Assembly (NCBI RefSeq): GCF_000143415.4
Contig: NW_003314368.1
Coordinates: 20,792 to 84,791 of the forward strand
Source of the DNA: Selaginella moellendorffii
Taxonomy: Eukaryota; Plantae; Lycopodiophyta
DNA length: 64,000 nt
Reading direction: 5' to 3'
Below, piece by piece: positions 47,401 through 60,791 of the stretch (positions are counted from its first letter, which is position 1; every line of letters starts with the position of its first letter). The position numbers were made by a program, and so were the translations under genes. Below the pieces are notes generated by a model that saw only the letters and a list, made by a program, of their open reading frames with translations, was not told where the DNA came from and ran no database searches.

Positions 47401-50400
47401 TATCGTGAATGTGACTTCGGGTATCGAAAGTTACCTGTTAACTAGTCTTTTCGGATATTTTTTCCTTACTGCCACAATAGCAGAAAGTCGGCATTGCTAA
47501 ACCCTTTATTAGTCTCTACCTAAGTTAGTTGAGAAACTAATTATCACATGTGCACTTAGACCGGAAGGGCACTAAGGAAGGAAATCCTAAATTGTCATTT
47601 AGTCAAGCATACACAGTGATGAGGAATTCATGTTGTTGGCTTGCACTTGCTAGTGTTAGGAACCCCTGCAATATTGAGCTTGGTCCCTTAATATTCACTA
47701 GATAATAGCTTATTGTTTCTGCCAAACACTATCACTATCATGCACTTTGTATTAGTTCTATTTGGTCTCAATTGCTATTTATGGAAAGTGTCTAGATCAT
47801 ATCTATGGAATGTAAAGATTATTTTAAAAATAATGGTGTTGGTTCCGCATAATCTAAGGACATTCCATATTTAGTAAGTTTTGAGCTTGTCCCAGAGACT
47901 AACTCCTGGTACTAAAGATGGCTAACGGTGAAAGCCCAAAGTGTGCGTTCCTCAGGGGGGGGAGGGGGGGTGGAGGGTTCCAAATGTATAGTAGGGATAG
48001 TGGGTAGGTTGGATATGGCTGACCAACTTGAGGCATAGTCTAGCTCTTACTTGCATGCTTGTCCTTGTTTTATGTCTAGCTTAGGTTTAAGCCCAAGTTC
48101 CATACTATGCTACTTGGTGGAATACTCATATCCTCACATTAGACCACCGATATATTAAAATAGTGCTAAACTCCGTTTGGCTCTGTTTTGCATGCTGGTC
48201 CTTGCATTGGGATATTAGATATTCTATGACTATTCCAAGTCACTCTGTGCTCCTATTCTTTTGCTCCTTTGCTCCTTGGGCTATATGTTTGGGAGTCACT
48301 TCGTGTTTTAGTACCTTTGCTCTTTGGCTCCATGTTTAAGAGTTTGGCATTGTTCTTTCATTCAATGGCCCAAGACCCTAAAACTTGAGTTCCATACCAC
48401 TATCCTTTGGACACATGGCATATGACACGTGGCACATGGAGGGTTTAGGTTCCACTTCATGGTTTCTTATGGTAAATCACCATAGAATAAAAGGTGAAAA
48501 CCACATGCGCTACATTTAGTATTAGAGGATATGTCTCAACAAGTACTATCCAATGAGATTGAGCAACTTGTCTCGTTGTATACACAGAGATGGAAACAAT
48601 GATCTGAGTGGATGCACGTTTGGGTACTAAGACTTCACATTTGTTCCTTAGATATGAATTTGGCTACCTTTTTGTAGCATATTATGTAAACATACTCTTG
48701 GGCTTATAGGATGGATTAAGATATTTTGATTGCACAAGTTTGCGCTTGGGCTCGTGAGTGAGGCATATTAGCAACTCAAGGTTACACTTAGGATTAATGT
48801 TAGCCTATCAGTGGTTCCAAGAGTGGTTCGATGTACTATGGGTAAAAAAAAACCTCCTTTAGGTTTTCTCTAAATGGCAAATAGACTGGTCTGTAATTGT
48901 TTAGCACAACACTAATGGATCCTTCTTAAGCATGATCATAAGTGGATTAATCAAGACTATAGGGATGAGTTTATAGATTCAAGTAATTATTGTTGTGCTT
49001 TTTCATAAACTTTTCTTGGATTAGATTTAAGGCAATACGAATGCAAACTTGAAGTTTAGTCAAAGATGAGATCGAAAAGAGAGTTGTTAAGGACAAAAGA
49101 TCAAATATATAAATCATTTTCTCTTCTTAGAGAGATGATTTGCAACAAGGTTTTAACTCATTTCTTGTGTTCACATCATGCAATTAAGAATCCCTATCTT
49201 GATGTATATTGAGTATGATGGTCTTACCAGTGGTGTTATTGGATAGATATCGATGAAGCGCTAAATCATTTTGTCTACGCTTGCTATTGAAGAATTGGGT
49301 TACAATGCTCAATTCTTTTCCAGGGAACTTTGTTATTGCTTCTTAAGTAGTTTAGTGTTGGATTAGTTTTGAGTTTGATCTGATAGAGAGTGGTATGAGC
49401 TTGTCTATGTTGTGAACAAAGTTGGTGGTATTTGTTGTTGTAAATCTTTATCAGTAGGTATGACATTTATGTTGTATTTTGTCGAATAGAGTTGGCATTT
49501 AATACTCACGTAAACTTTTAAAGTAATAATATGGGCTTGCTTATAGTATTGCTCAATTGATAATCAAGTCATTGTGATATTTATATCATCTCCATGTGAT
49601 AATAAACAATGTATTTACAAAGTTGTTTGGTCAAATGATGATCAACCCCAAAGTGGTTGATAATAAAGCTAGTTTATTTGCACATAGTAACATTATAGTA
49701 GCTTTGACTGGATTCTCAATGGCAATCTATTATGCTAAGCTTAAATTGATATCTAATTTCTTTGAGGGTTTGCTCATTAGGTGTGGAAAAGGGTTATAAC
49801 ATTTATTTGCTATGGCTTATTGGTTTATCTATTAGCATTTAGAGTAGATTGTTGGATGGAGAAGGTGTAAAGTTGAGGCATTAACATTGCTAGCACTTGT
49901 CTTAGTGAAAGCGGCATTATTATGTTGATGTAAGCTCCTAAGTTTGGACTTCCCGGGAGGTCATTCAGCCCAATATTATTCAAACCCAAGGACACTTAAC
50001 CTTAAATATCCCAAGACCCTTAACCAATTGGAAAAAGGGGTGCACTTTTGTTCATGGGCCCTTTCCCTCTATATTTGAACCTCATGGATCGTTTCTCAAA
50101 TCGTTCCCTTTAGTTGCTTACAGTTGAGTGATAAGGAACTTTCCTTAGAGCTTGATTTTCCATGTCATTTTTTTTGTTAGTGTTTTGGCTTCACATTGGA
50201 TCTTGAAAAAGAGTGTTAATGCAATGTGGATATCTAAAGATATGGTCTTTGTGATCAAGTTTTGAATGTTCATTTTGCATTTTGCAAATGTCAATGTTGG
50301 ATATTGGAAATATGGGCATGATGTTCAATGCTTAAACATGTTATTGGGTCATAAAAATTTGTGTTGAGGTGAACCTATGTGAAGTTGTAGGTAGTAAGAA

Positions 50401-51826
50401 GTTAGTTGAGTCTTGAAAGTTTGTATTCTTAGACTGAGAGTCATTCTTTTTTTAAAATGAAAATTTTCCATAAATTTTCTTAGACTTATCCAATGGCTAA
50501 TTTGTTGATCATTTTACTCAAAAACCATTCCGTTTTCGTAAACCAATATAAACTAGTGAAGTTTTGAGTTGACTTTGGTTAACTTAAACCTTAGTAGGTA
50601 GTTTGTATAATGCAACCTGAAAAGGATGTTAACTTTTGAGGTTAAAGCAATTGAGTTGGATAGAGTCTTGAGTTGGTGCAAAAAAGTGGCTGTTGCGCTT
50701 TTCAGAAAGATCACTTTTGTGCCTTTCTTCTGTAGTGTTGTGTTTAGTAGTAGGTTGCACTTTGTATTTTGTTAGACTCTATGAGAGTAGTGAGCTCTCA
50801 TTGATCATGACTTAGTTTTGGTAGTCTTGCGCCTTAGTTGAGTATGGTGATGTCCAACTTAGTTGTTTGAGGTTGAGATGTTAGTACCTATATTATAGCT
50901 TTGTCTATGAGGAAATATGTACCAATATGAGTCCATCTCATAGTCTTCACTTTAGTTTTAATTAAGTGTTGATCATATAAAGCTAGCCTCTTTAAGGCAT
51001 GCTCAGAGCTGTTGGATAGACATATAAATGAGTTTATTGTAGTTGAGTTGGATTCGAGTGGTCATTTAGTCTGTTGGACAAATATGCAACTTAATAACAT
51101 GAGTTTAGTGTTTAAGTCTTGTGAAGGCAAGTTGAAGAGTGATTGTTAGTTGCTTTGCAATTAATAGTTATTTGTAGATTTTGTCAAGGACTTTTAACAC
51201 TTATTTTGCTCAATGATGATTTAGCAATAATAAATTTGTTTTACCGGATGGTGTTGCGGAGGATCATGTTGTTAAATTTATATAGGTTTTTCATATTGGC
51301 ATATCAACTCTACTTTTGTCAATATCATTTAATTGTGTTTAGTCCGTGGTGTTGAATTTCATTGAGTATTGGACGTGGTGAATCACTCCTTAATGATGTA
51401 TTATCTATAATTGAGTATGTTGAAGAATTGATCTTAGATACTAACTAAAGTACCTTTGACTTTGGTTAGCTTAGTTGCTAAAGAGTTTTTAGTGGTGATT
51501 CACTCTTGCTTTCTATTAGCTTTATTATGGTGTTGATAGCATTAAAGTGATGCTTTATCGTTGACATTATTGATGTCAAGATTTAAATGAAATGAGATGT
51601 CTCTCCATAGGATTGATATTGAGTTTCATTAATCTCAATAGAGATAGTGTTAATGATTTAGTTGTAGCTTTGTGTTATTGGCATTCACGCATTTGTTGGA
51701 TTAGCAACTATAATGGTGTTCAAATAAACTGAGTAACAAATTTGAGTTAGTTGTGTTCTAGACGAGATTGTTTAATAGGGTTGAGTTTTAACTTTTCCTT
51801 GAAAAGTGATTTATTTGTGGAATATG
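47401..51826 (+). mobile_element. Older truncated copy (C) of the non-autonomous element
   Basis: LTR 47401-48514 and a degenerate PBS. The internal region is colinear with 54652-57843. Confidence 0.9.
49929..50122 (-). mobile_element. Cassandra solo LTR
   Basis: TG..CA termini and TSD GTTGA. It is absent from the paralogous site in element B (about 56065). Confidence 0.93.
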
Positions 51827-53158
51827 TATGAAACATAAAATCCCTAAACCCCAAAGAGGAGCTAGTAGTGGCCACATAATAGTGGCTGGGGTGAAAGCTA
51901 AATGAGCGTAATATGTTTGAACCAAAAGCTCCGACTTGAAAAGCCGAAAGCAAGAGTGGAACTCCCAACGAAGTGCTTGAGGAACGAGCATGAAGCGAGC
52001 AATAAATGAGTCTCTAAAAAAGGGATACAAGAGGACTAACATATGACACATGGAAGTGTCCAAAATGGACCTGAGATGGAGTCCAAGATGGAGTCTAAAA
52101 TGGACCTGACATGGAGTCCAAGATGGAGTCCGAGATGGACCTGAGATGGAGTCTGAGATGGACTTAAGATTGAATCCGAAATGGATCCGAGATGGAATTT
52201 GAGATGGAGTCTGAGATAGAACCAAGACTGAGACCGAGAATGAGACTGAGTCTGAGTCCAAAACCGAGACCGAGACCGAATGCAAGTCCAAGTCTGAATA
52301 CTAATACAGGCTATTGGGTGAAAGCCCAAACCAATCATCCCTCGGGAAGGGGGGGGGGGGGGGGGGGGGTGTGACTGCAAGGGGTTCCAAAAGTATAGTA
52401 GAGAGAGTGTGGGGGTTGGACCCCAATGGAGCCTGTTTAGCCAAGAAAGGCTAGTGTGACCTAAAAAAGCTATACCCATATATTGGGTGATCATATATCC
52501 ATTGAGAAGACCAAGGTTAAAGTGAATATAGATTGATAGGCAAGGTAGCTTAATGAAGTGTTCAAGAGCTAGCTTTAGTTCCTCTGAAAGATCGAATGGT
52601 CAATGTTTCCAGTCCAAGTGTGGGTGGCACTACCTACTTGGATACCTAGTGTGGCTCAATGGAACCTCACTCTAGCCCCATAGCTAGAGCACCCAAAGGC
52701 AGAAGGTGGGGAGAGTACCCATGAGACTCACATAAGGTTATGGTGTTCCAAAATGTTGTCCTAAAGTCCTAGATTGTGGAAAGGAAAAGGAGCAATCCTT
52801 TGTTGTAATGACCAAGGATACAGTCACATGGTGAGGAAGTCTTAGAGGACAGTGGGACTTAGTGGTCAGGCCTATAGGCCTTCACCCAATGGCATTGTTG
52901 GTGAACATAGCCATAAACAGAAAGGGACTTAGTGGGGACCGAAAAAGGGATATTGGGGAAGGCGACATGTCCCTCATGTCTACGAGCATCCGAAAGATTT
53001 TAAGGAATGGATCTAGGATGATTATGCATGGATGAATGGCCTAGTCTTTGAGAGATAGGATTGTGATGTAAATGAGCATGGCCTTAACGTAATAGGTTAA
53101 TATATTGGTAGTACTTTTGGGTATTGGTCATGAGATTGGACACATGGAGCACTTAGAC
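51827..53158 (+). mobile_element. Truncated, decayed copy of the second-family LTR
   Basis: Colinear with 44448-46120, including the repeat array at 52060-52300. Confidence 0.85.
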
Positions 53159-53506
53159 TGCCAAACACATTCGCTATCATGCCCTATGTGTTAGTTCAGT
53201 TCTTGATCCATATACTATTTATGGTAAGTGTCTAGATCCACTCAAGAGGCATATTTACGGAATGTAGAGAGTGTCCTTAACTCTATGGTGTTGTTCTTGC
53301 TCCCAAATTCATGATCTAGCACCATTTCATATTTAGTAAGTTTTCATGCATATCCTAGAGATTAACTCCTAGTACTAATGGTGGCTAAGAGTGAAAGCCC
53401 AAAGCATGTATTCCTTAAGGAGGGGAGAAGGTGGGGTTTTTGTGGGGGGTTCCAAATGTATAGTAGGGACAATAATTGGAATGCATAGTCGACGGCTGAC
53501 CACCTA

Positions 53507-56500
53507 TGTCGCGAATGTGACTTCGGGTATTGAAAGTTACCTGTCGACCAGTCCTTACGGACACTCTTACCTTACTGCCACGACGGCAGGAGGTCGGTAT
53601 TGCTGGACCCTTTATCAGTCCCTCTTGTGCTAGTGGAGTTAACTAGGCATTTCGAGTGTACTTAGACCGGACGAGCATAAGGACGGAATTTCTACGTGTT
53701 ATTAGCTAAGCATACTTAGCCCGGTAAGGAGTTCCCGTCTCGTTATGTCTTGCACTGGCTAGTGACAAGAACCCTCGCGTATTGAGATTGGTCCCTCAAT
53801 ATCACTAGATGATAGCTTACCGTGTCTGCCAAACACCCTCGCTATCACGCCCTTTGTGTTAGTCTCATTTCGGTCCCAAATGCTATTTATGGAAAGTGTC
53901 TAGATTAGCTTATTTGGCATGTCTACAGAATGTAGAGATCGGCCTGAACACAATAGTGTTCGTCCCGTGTCCAAATTCGCAATCTAAGGACATTCCATAT
54001 TTAGTAAGTTTCGAGCTTGTCCCAGAGACTAACTCCTGGTACTAAGGGAGGCTTGGGGTGAAAGCCCAAAGCGTGTGTTCCTCAAGGGGGGGGGCTATGG
54101 GGGGTTCCAAATGTATAGTAGGGATAGTGGGTAGGTCGGGCATGGCCGACCAACCTGAGGCATAGTCTAGCTTCCGCTTGCGTGCCTGTCCTTTTTCTGC
54201 GTCCGGCTTGGGTCTAAGCCCAAGTTCCATTCCATGCTAGCTGGTGGAGTACCCATATCCTCACGTTAGGCCACCGGTATGCTGAAATAGCGCCAGACTC
54301 CGTTTGGCTCCGTTTTGCGTGCTGGTCTTGGCATTGGGATGTTGGTTGCTCCAGGACTGTTCCAAGTCGCTCCGGGCCCCTGTCCCTTCGCTCCTTGGGC
54401 TGTATGCTCGGGAGTTGCTCCATGGTCCAGTTCCATCACTCCTTGGCTCCACGCTTGGGAGTTTGGCACCGTTCCTTCGTTCAGTGGCCCAAGGCCCTGA
54501 ACCTCAGGTTCCTATGGACACGTGGCATGGACTTGTGGCATGTGACACATGGCATCTGTCACGTGGCACAAAGAGGGTTTAGGTTCCGCTTCGTGGTGTT
54601 ATCCTATGGTAAATCACCATAGGATAAAGGGTCAAAACCACGTGCGCTACATTTGGTATCAGAGGATGAGTCTCGGCGAGTACTATCCAATGAGATTGGG
54701 CAACTAGTCTCGTTGCATACGCAGAGATGAAAACGATGATCCGAGTGGGTACACGTTTGGGTGCAAAGACTTCACAATCGTTCCTTGGGTATGGATTTGG
54801 TTACCTTTCGTTCTAGATTATATGAGCTTGCTCTTGGGCTCATAGGATGGATTTGAGGTGTACCATTTTGCACGAGTTTTCGCTTGGGCTCGTGAGTGAG
54901 GCACATTAGCAACTCGAGGTTACATTTTGAGTTGGCAGGATTAATGTTAGCCTATCGGTGGTTCCATGAGTTGTTCCATGTACCGTGGGTAAAAGCAAAC
55001 CTCCCTGGGTTTGCTATGAGTGGCAAATAGGCTGGTCCGTAGCTGTTTAGCACGGCACTAGTGGATCCTTCCTAGGCATGATTATAAGTGGATCAATCAA
55101 GACTTTAAGGGATTAGTTTATTGGTTCAAATAGTCATGGCCATGCTCTCTTATAAACTTTTCTTCGATTAAACTGAAGGCAGTGCGAAAGCAAGTTTGAG
55201 GTTTGGTCAAAAATGAGACCGAAAAGAGAGTCATCGGGGACGGAGGATCAAATACGTAAATCATTTTCTCTTCTTGGAGAGATGATTTGCAACGAGGTGT
55301 TAACTCATTGCTTGTGTTCACATCATGCAATCAAGAGTCCCTATCTTGATGCATGTTGGAGATGGTGGTTTTACAATAGTGAGTTGTGGGATGGATAGCG
55401 GTGAAGTGCTACACCATTTTGTCTAGGCTTGCTATTGGAAGACTGGGGTTGCAATGCTTAACTCTTTTCCAGGGAACCTTGCTATTGCTCCTTGAGTAGC
55501 TTGGTGTTGGATTAGTGTTGAGTTTGGTCGGAAAGAGAGTGGTATGAGCTTGTCCGTGTTGTGAACAAAAGTTAGTGGTGTTGGTGTTGTAAATCTCTAT
55601 CGATAGGGTGTGGCATTTATGTTGCATTTTGTCGAATCGAGTTAGCACTTGATATTCACACAAACCTTTGCAGTGACATAGGCATTGTTCATAGTGTTGC
55701 TTGATTGATGATCAAGTCATTGTGATTTATATCATATCCATGTGATAATGAGCAATGTGTTTACGAAGTTGCTTGGTTAACGATGATCAACCCCAAAGTG
55801 GTTGATAGTGAAGCTAGTCTACTTGCAAGAAGTAGCATTGTAGTAGCTTTGACTGGATTCTCAATGGTGCTCCATTATGCTAAGCTTAAGTTGGTACGTT
55901 GTGTCCTTGAGGGTTTGCCCATAAGGTGTTGGAAAAAAGATATAGCATTCATTTGCTATAGCTTGTCGAATCCGTTAACACTTGGAGTAAATTGTTGGAT
56001 GGAGAAGATGTGTAGTGGAAGTATTAGCATCGCTAGCACTTGTGTTAGTAAAAGTGGCATTGTTGTTCGAGTGATGAGGAATTTTCCTTAGAGCTTGATT
56101 TTCCATGTCATTTTTTCTTGTTAGTGTTTTAGCTTCACATTGGATCTTGAAGGTGGTTGAAGAAGAGTGTTAGTGCAATGTGGACGTCCGAAGATGTGGT
56201 CTTCGTGATCAAGCTTTAGATGTTCATTTTTGCACTTTGCGGATATCAGTGTTAGATGTCGGAGATATGGGCAAAAAGAGATGTTCAAGGCTTAAGCATA
56301 CTATGGGTCTCGAGAATTTGTGTTGAGGTGAACATATGTGAAGTTGTTAGTAGGAGGAAGTTGGTTGAAGTCTTGAAAGTTTGCATTCCTGGACTGAGAG
56401 CCATTCTTTCTCTGGGATGGAAAATTTTTTTTTTCACAAATTTTCTTAGACTTTTCCAATGGCTGATCTGTTATCACTTTGTTCGAAAACCATTCCGTTT

Positions 56501-59500
56501 TCATAAGCCAATACAAACTAGTGAAGGGGTTGGAGTTGACTTCGGTTGGTTTAGATCTTAGTAGGTAGTTTGTATGATGCAGCCCGAAAGGGATGCTAAC
56601 TTTTGGGGGCTAAAGCAATTGAGTTGGATGGAGTTTGGAGTTGGTGTAGAAAAGTGGCCGTTGTGCTTTTCTAAGAAAGGTGACCCTTGTACCTTTCTTT
56701 TGTAGCGTTATGCTTGGTGGCAGGTTGCACCTTGCATTACGTTAGACTCTATGAGAGTAGTGAGCTCTCACTAATCTTGACTTGGTCTTGGTGGCCCTGC
56801 GCCTTGGCTGAAGATAGTGATGTCCAACTTAGTTGTTTGAGGTTGAGATGTTAGTACCTGTACTATAGCTTTGTCTATGAGGAGGTTGTGTACCAATATG
56901 AGTCCATCTCATGGTCTTCACTTTAGTTTCGACTGAGTGTTGATCATGCATAGCTAGCCTCTTCAAGGCATGCTCAGAGCTATTGACTAGGTGTGCTAGT
57001 GAGCTTATCACAGTTGAGTTGGATTTGAGTGGTCATTTAGTTTGTGCTTATCTATGAACTTTTATCTCATACCTGGGGTATTACATTCATATTGGATGAG
57101 TATATGACTCGATGATATGAGTTGGTGTTTGGGTCTTGTGAACGCAAGTTGAGGAGTGATTGTTAGTTGCTTTGCGACTAGTGATTACTTGTAGACTTCA
57201 TCAACGACAGTTGACACTTGCTTTGCTCGATGATGATTTAGCAGTGATGGGCTTGCTTTACCGGATGGTGTTGCGGAGGATCGTGTCGTTAGACTTGCAT
57301 AGGTTTTCTATGTTAGTATATCGATTCTATCTCTGTCGATATCATTTGGTTACGTTTAGTCCGTGGTGTTGGATTTCATTGAGTCTTGGATGTGGTGATT
57401 CACTCTTTGATGAAATATTATCTGTAACTGAGTATTGCTGAAGGATTGGTCTCGGATACTAAGTATAGTATCTTCGACTTTGGTTAGCTTGGTTGCTGGA
57501 AAGCTTCGAGTGGTGATTCACTCTTGCTTTCTTCTAGCTTTGTCCTGATGTTGATGGCATTGAAGTAATGCCTTGTCATTGATATTGTTGATATTGAGAT
57601 CTGAGTGAAATGAGATATCCTTCCAAGGATTGATATTGAGTTTCATTAGTCTTGATGAATATTGTGTTGATGATTTGGCTATAGCTTTGTGTTATTGGCA
57701 TTTGTGCATTTGCTAGTTAGCAACTGTGTTAACGTTCAAATGAACTGAGTGGCAAGTTGAGTTAGTTGTGTTCTAGACAAGATTATTTAGTAGGGGTTGA
57801 GCTTTGAGCTTTTCCTTGAAAAGTGATTTAGTCATGGACTATGCTAACTCTACAAGTGGGAGAGTTAGTGATCGATGTTGGAATATTTTGAATCCTTATG
57901 GGATTTTAGTTGAAATATATCAATCATTGATGATTCTTCTTGTGCTTGCTATGAAGTGAGTTACGTCTTGCTATAGATGGATTCATGAAGGATCATTTAG
58001 TGATCACTTGTTGAGCATAGCTCCATTGTGCTTAGCTTTTGGATTGATGCAGAAATGCTCTTTATTAGCTTTGGCATTATGAAGTTTGGCTTATGGATGT
58101 GTTGAAGAAGACATTGTGGGTTGCACCATGATTTCTTCTTTAGCATTGAAGTTTGCTTCTATGAGACTCGTGATCATTATTAGGCAAGACTTAGCTATAG
58201 GCTTCTTCGAGCTTTTGGTTCTTTGACTTTTCATACTCATCGTTCCATTTGTCCGGAGTTATTTGGGGAAGGCATTTTTGGCTCTTTAACTTCGATGTTG
58301 AAGTTGGTTTTTGCATCTAGCAATCATTGGTGATGATTGACTATCATCTAGGAAAGTTGATTATCCTTGTCAGAGGTTTTGCTTGATTATCGTTGATCTA
58401 GATTGATTCGCTATTCTTCAGGATGGTGGATTCCTTCTTAGATGATGATTTTGCATCTCTTTATTGATGGGATGATTGATGATCTTTCATGATGGTTAGT
58501 TGTTCTTTTTGATGGCTTATGGCTTTTCGCAATACCACATATTCTTTGTGGTTTGCTCTGGATTGGTCTCTTGGGTTTGAGACGTCAGTAGGATGTTGCT
58601 GACACTTGCTTAGGCAACTTGAGTTCCTTGGTATTGTTGGCTGGGATCTATTCAGATTGGCTTTTATGATAGTTGGCAGGCATGAGTGTTTGTTGGTCTT
58701 ACCACATTCATTCTCTTCTGTTGATTGTTGCTCGAGTTAGTTTTGATAGATTTGGATGTTATTTCCTTTGGGTGATACATTCGCGAGCATTGTGCTTGTT
58801 AGTCAATGATATTTTGTGTTCTTTGAGTTATCTTTCGTAAGTTGTTTGGCATTCTGTCTGCAATCTTTAATAGTTAAACTTTATCATTGAGTTTACTTAA
58901 TGATATACTTGCTATTGAATTTTGTTTGATGGTGAATCCTATGTTTACCAAATATGCTGATCTTGGTGGTTCCTGCACTATAATACTAGTTTATCGGATG
59001 ATAACTTACTTGGAATACATTTGTGTTCTCATCTAAGCTTTATTCACTGATAATTAAATCTTTAAGATATCATTGTTTATGACTTTGATATAGTCCCTAT
59101 CTATTGATCTTTGAGTTTGGGCCAGTATAGGCAGACTGGCTTCGGCACTTCGTGTGCATGTTGAAATCTCTAGTCATGGGGTAACTACTGTCGACTGGTC
59201 ACATAACCCGCCTCTCTGTCGATGTTCCTTATTCTGTGAAAGGGCGTGACCGTGTAAACAACTCTACACTGCCTGTTGACAGTAGCCTATCTAAACCTTA
59301 CCGACGGGTTTGGTTTCTTTGCTCATGAGGGTTGGGGCCTCTGGCTTCTCTCTCTATGTCTCTGCGGGCAGGGCATATCACACTTTTGTAGCTGGGTGAC
59401 ACCCAGAGCAGCAAGGGTGGCTGACTCCGTTAGTCATTTCCTTGTCGGTGACGGCCGGAAGGTGTCTGAGCTGGTAGCGCATCCGCGTTAGACAAAGAGG

Positions 59501-60791
59501 TTCCCCCTAACTCATTTAAGTTGGTGCATTTCTCACATAGTGTGAGTACCGTGAACTTTTTCTGGAGTTGTTTCCTTGGCGGTATTTTAGACTCGAGTAT
59601 GCATCGACGAGGACGTCGATCTTCCCAAGGGGAGGAGAGTGTCGCGAATGTGACTTCGGGTATCGAAAGTTACCTGTCGACCAGTCCTTACGGACACTCT
59701 TACCTTACTGCCACGACGGCAGGAGGTCGGTATTGCTGGACCCTTTATCAGTCCCTCTTGTGCTAGTGGAGTTAACTAGGCATTTCGAGTGTACTTAGAC
59801 CGGACGAGCATAAGGACGGAATTCCTACGTGTTATTAGCTAAGCATACTTAGCCCGGTAAGGAGTTCCCGTCTCGTTATGTCTTGCACTGGCTAGTGACA
59901 AGAACCCTCGCGTATTGAGATTGGTCCCTCAATATCGCTAGATGATAGCTTACCGTGTCTGCCAAACACCCTCGCTGTCACGCCCTTTGTGTTAGTCTCA
60001 TTTCGGTCCCAAATGCTATTTATGGAAAGTGTCTAGATTAGCTTATTTGGCATGTCTACAGAATGTAGAGATCGGCCTGAACACAATAGTGTTCGTCCCG
60101 TGTCCAAATTCGCAATCTAAGGACATTCCATATTTAGTAAGTTTCGAGCTTGTCCCAGAGACTAACTCCTGGTACTAAGGGAGGCTTGGGGTGAAAGCCC
60201 AAAGCGTGTGTTCCTCAAAGGGGGGGGGGGGGGGCTATGGGGGGTTCCAAATGTATAGTAGGGATAGTGGGTAGGTCGGGCATGGCCCACCAACCTGAGG
60301 CATAATCTAACTTCTGCTTGCGTGCCTGTCCTTGTTCTGCATCCGGCTTGGGTCTAAACCCAAGTTCCATTCCATGCTAACTGGGGGAATACCCATATCC
60401 TCCCGTTAGGCCACCAGTATGCTGAAATAACCCCAAAATCCATTTGGCTCCGTTTTGCGTGCTGGTCCTGGCATTGGGATGCTGGTTGCTCCAGGACTGT
60501 TCCAAGTCGCTCCGGGCCCCTGTCCCTTCGCTCCTTGGGCTGTATGCTCGGGAGTTGCTCCGTGGTCCGGTTCCATCACTCCTTGGCTCCACGCTTGGGA
60601 GTTTGGCACCGTTCCTTCGTTCAGTGGCCCAAGGCCCTGAACCTCGGGTTCCTATGGACACGTGGCATGGACTCGTGGCATGTGACACGTGGCATCTGTC
60701 ACGTGGCACAAAGAGGGTTTAGGTTCCGCTTCGTGGTGTTATCCTATGGTAAATCACCATAGGATAAAGGGTCAAAACCACGTGCGCTACA
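53507..60791 (+). mobile_element. Non-autonomous LARD-like LTR retrotransposon (element B), recent
   Basis: TSD ACCTA. Near-identical LTRs 53507-54651 and 59640-60791, PBS TGGTATCAGAG and PPT AAGGGGAGGAGAG. The 5-kb interior has no long ORF. Confidence 0.95.
60657..60708 (+). promoter_or_regulatory. G-box/ABRE cluster in the B-type LTR (also 54518-54569)
   Basis: GACACGTGGC twice, TCACGTGGC and CTCGTGGC within about 50 bp. Confidence 0.55.

Noticed and set aside
53507-54651. Hammerhead ribozyme (retrozyme) in the LTR
   Set aside because: No CUGANGA...GAAA core with flanking stems was seen.
60150-60312. Group I intron-like R (CAGAGACTA) and S (GAGGCATAGTCT, best seen at 54157) motifs in the LTR
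   Set aside because: No convincing P3/P4/P6 core was found, and GAGACTAAC pairs better with the upstream GTTAGTCTC. It is worth one Infernal run but is not supported by eye.
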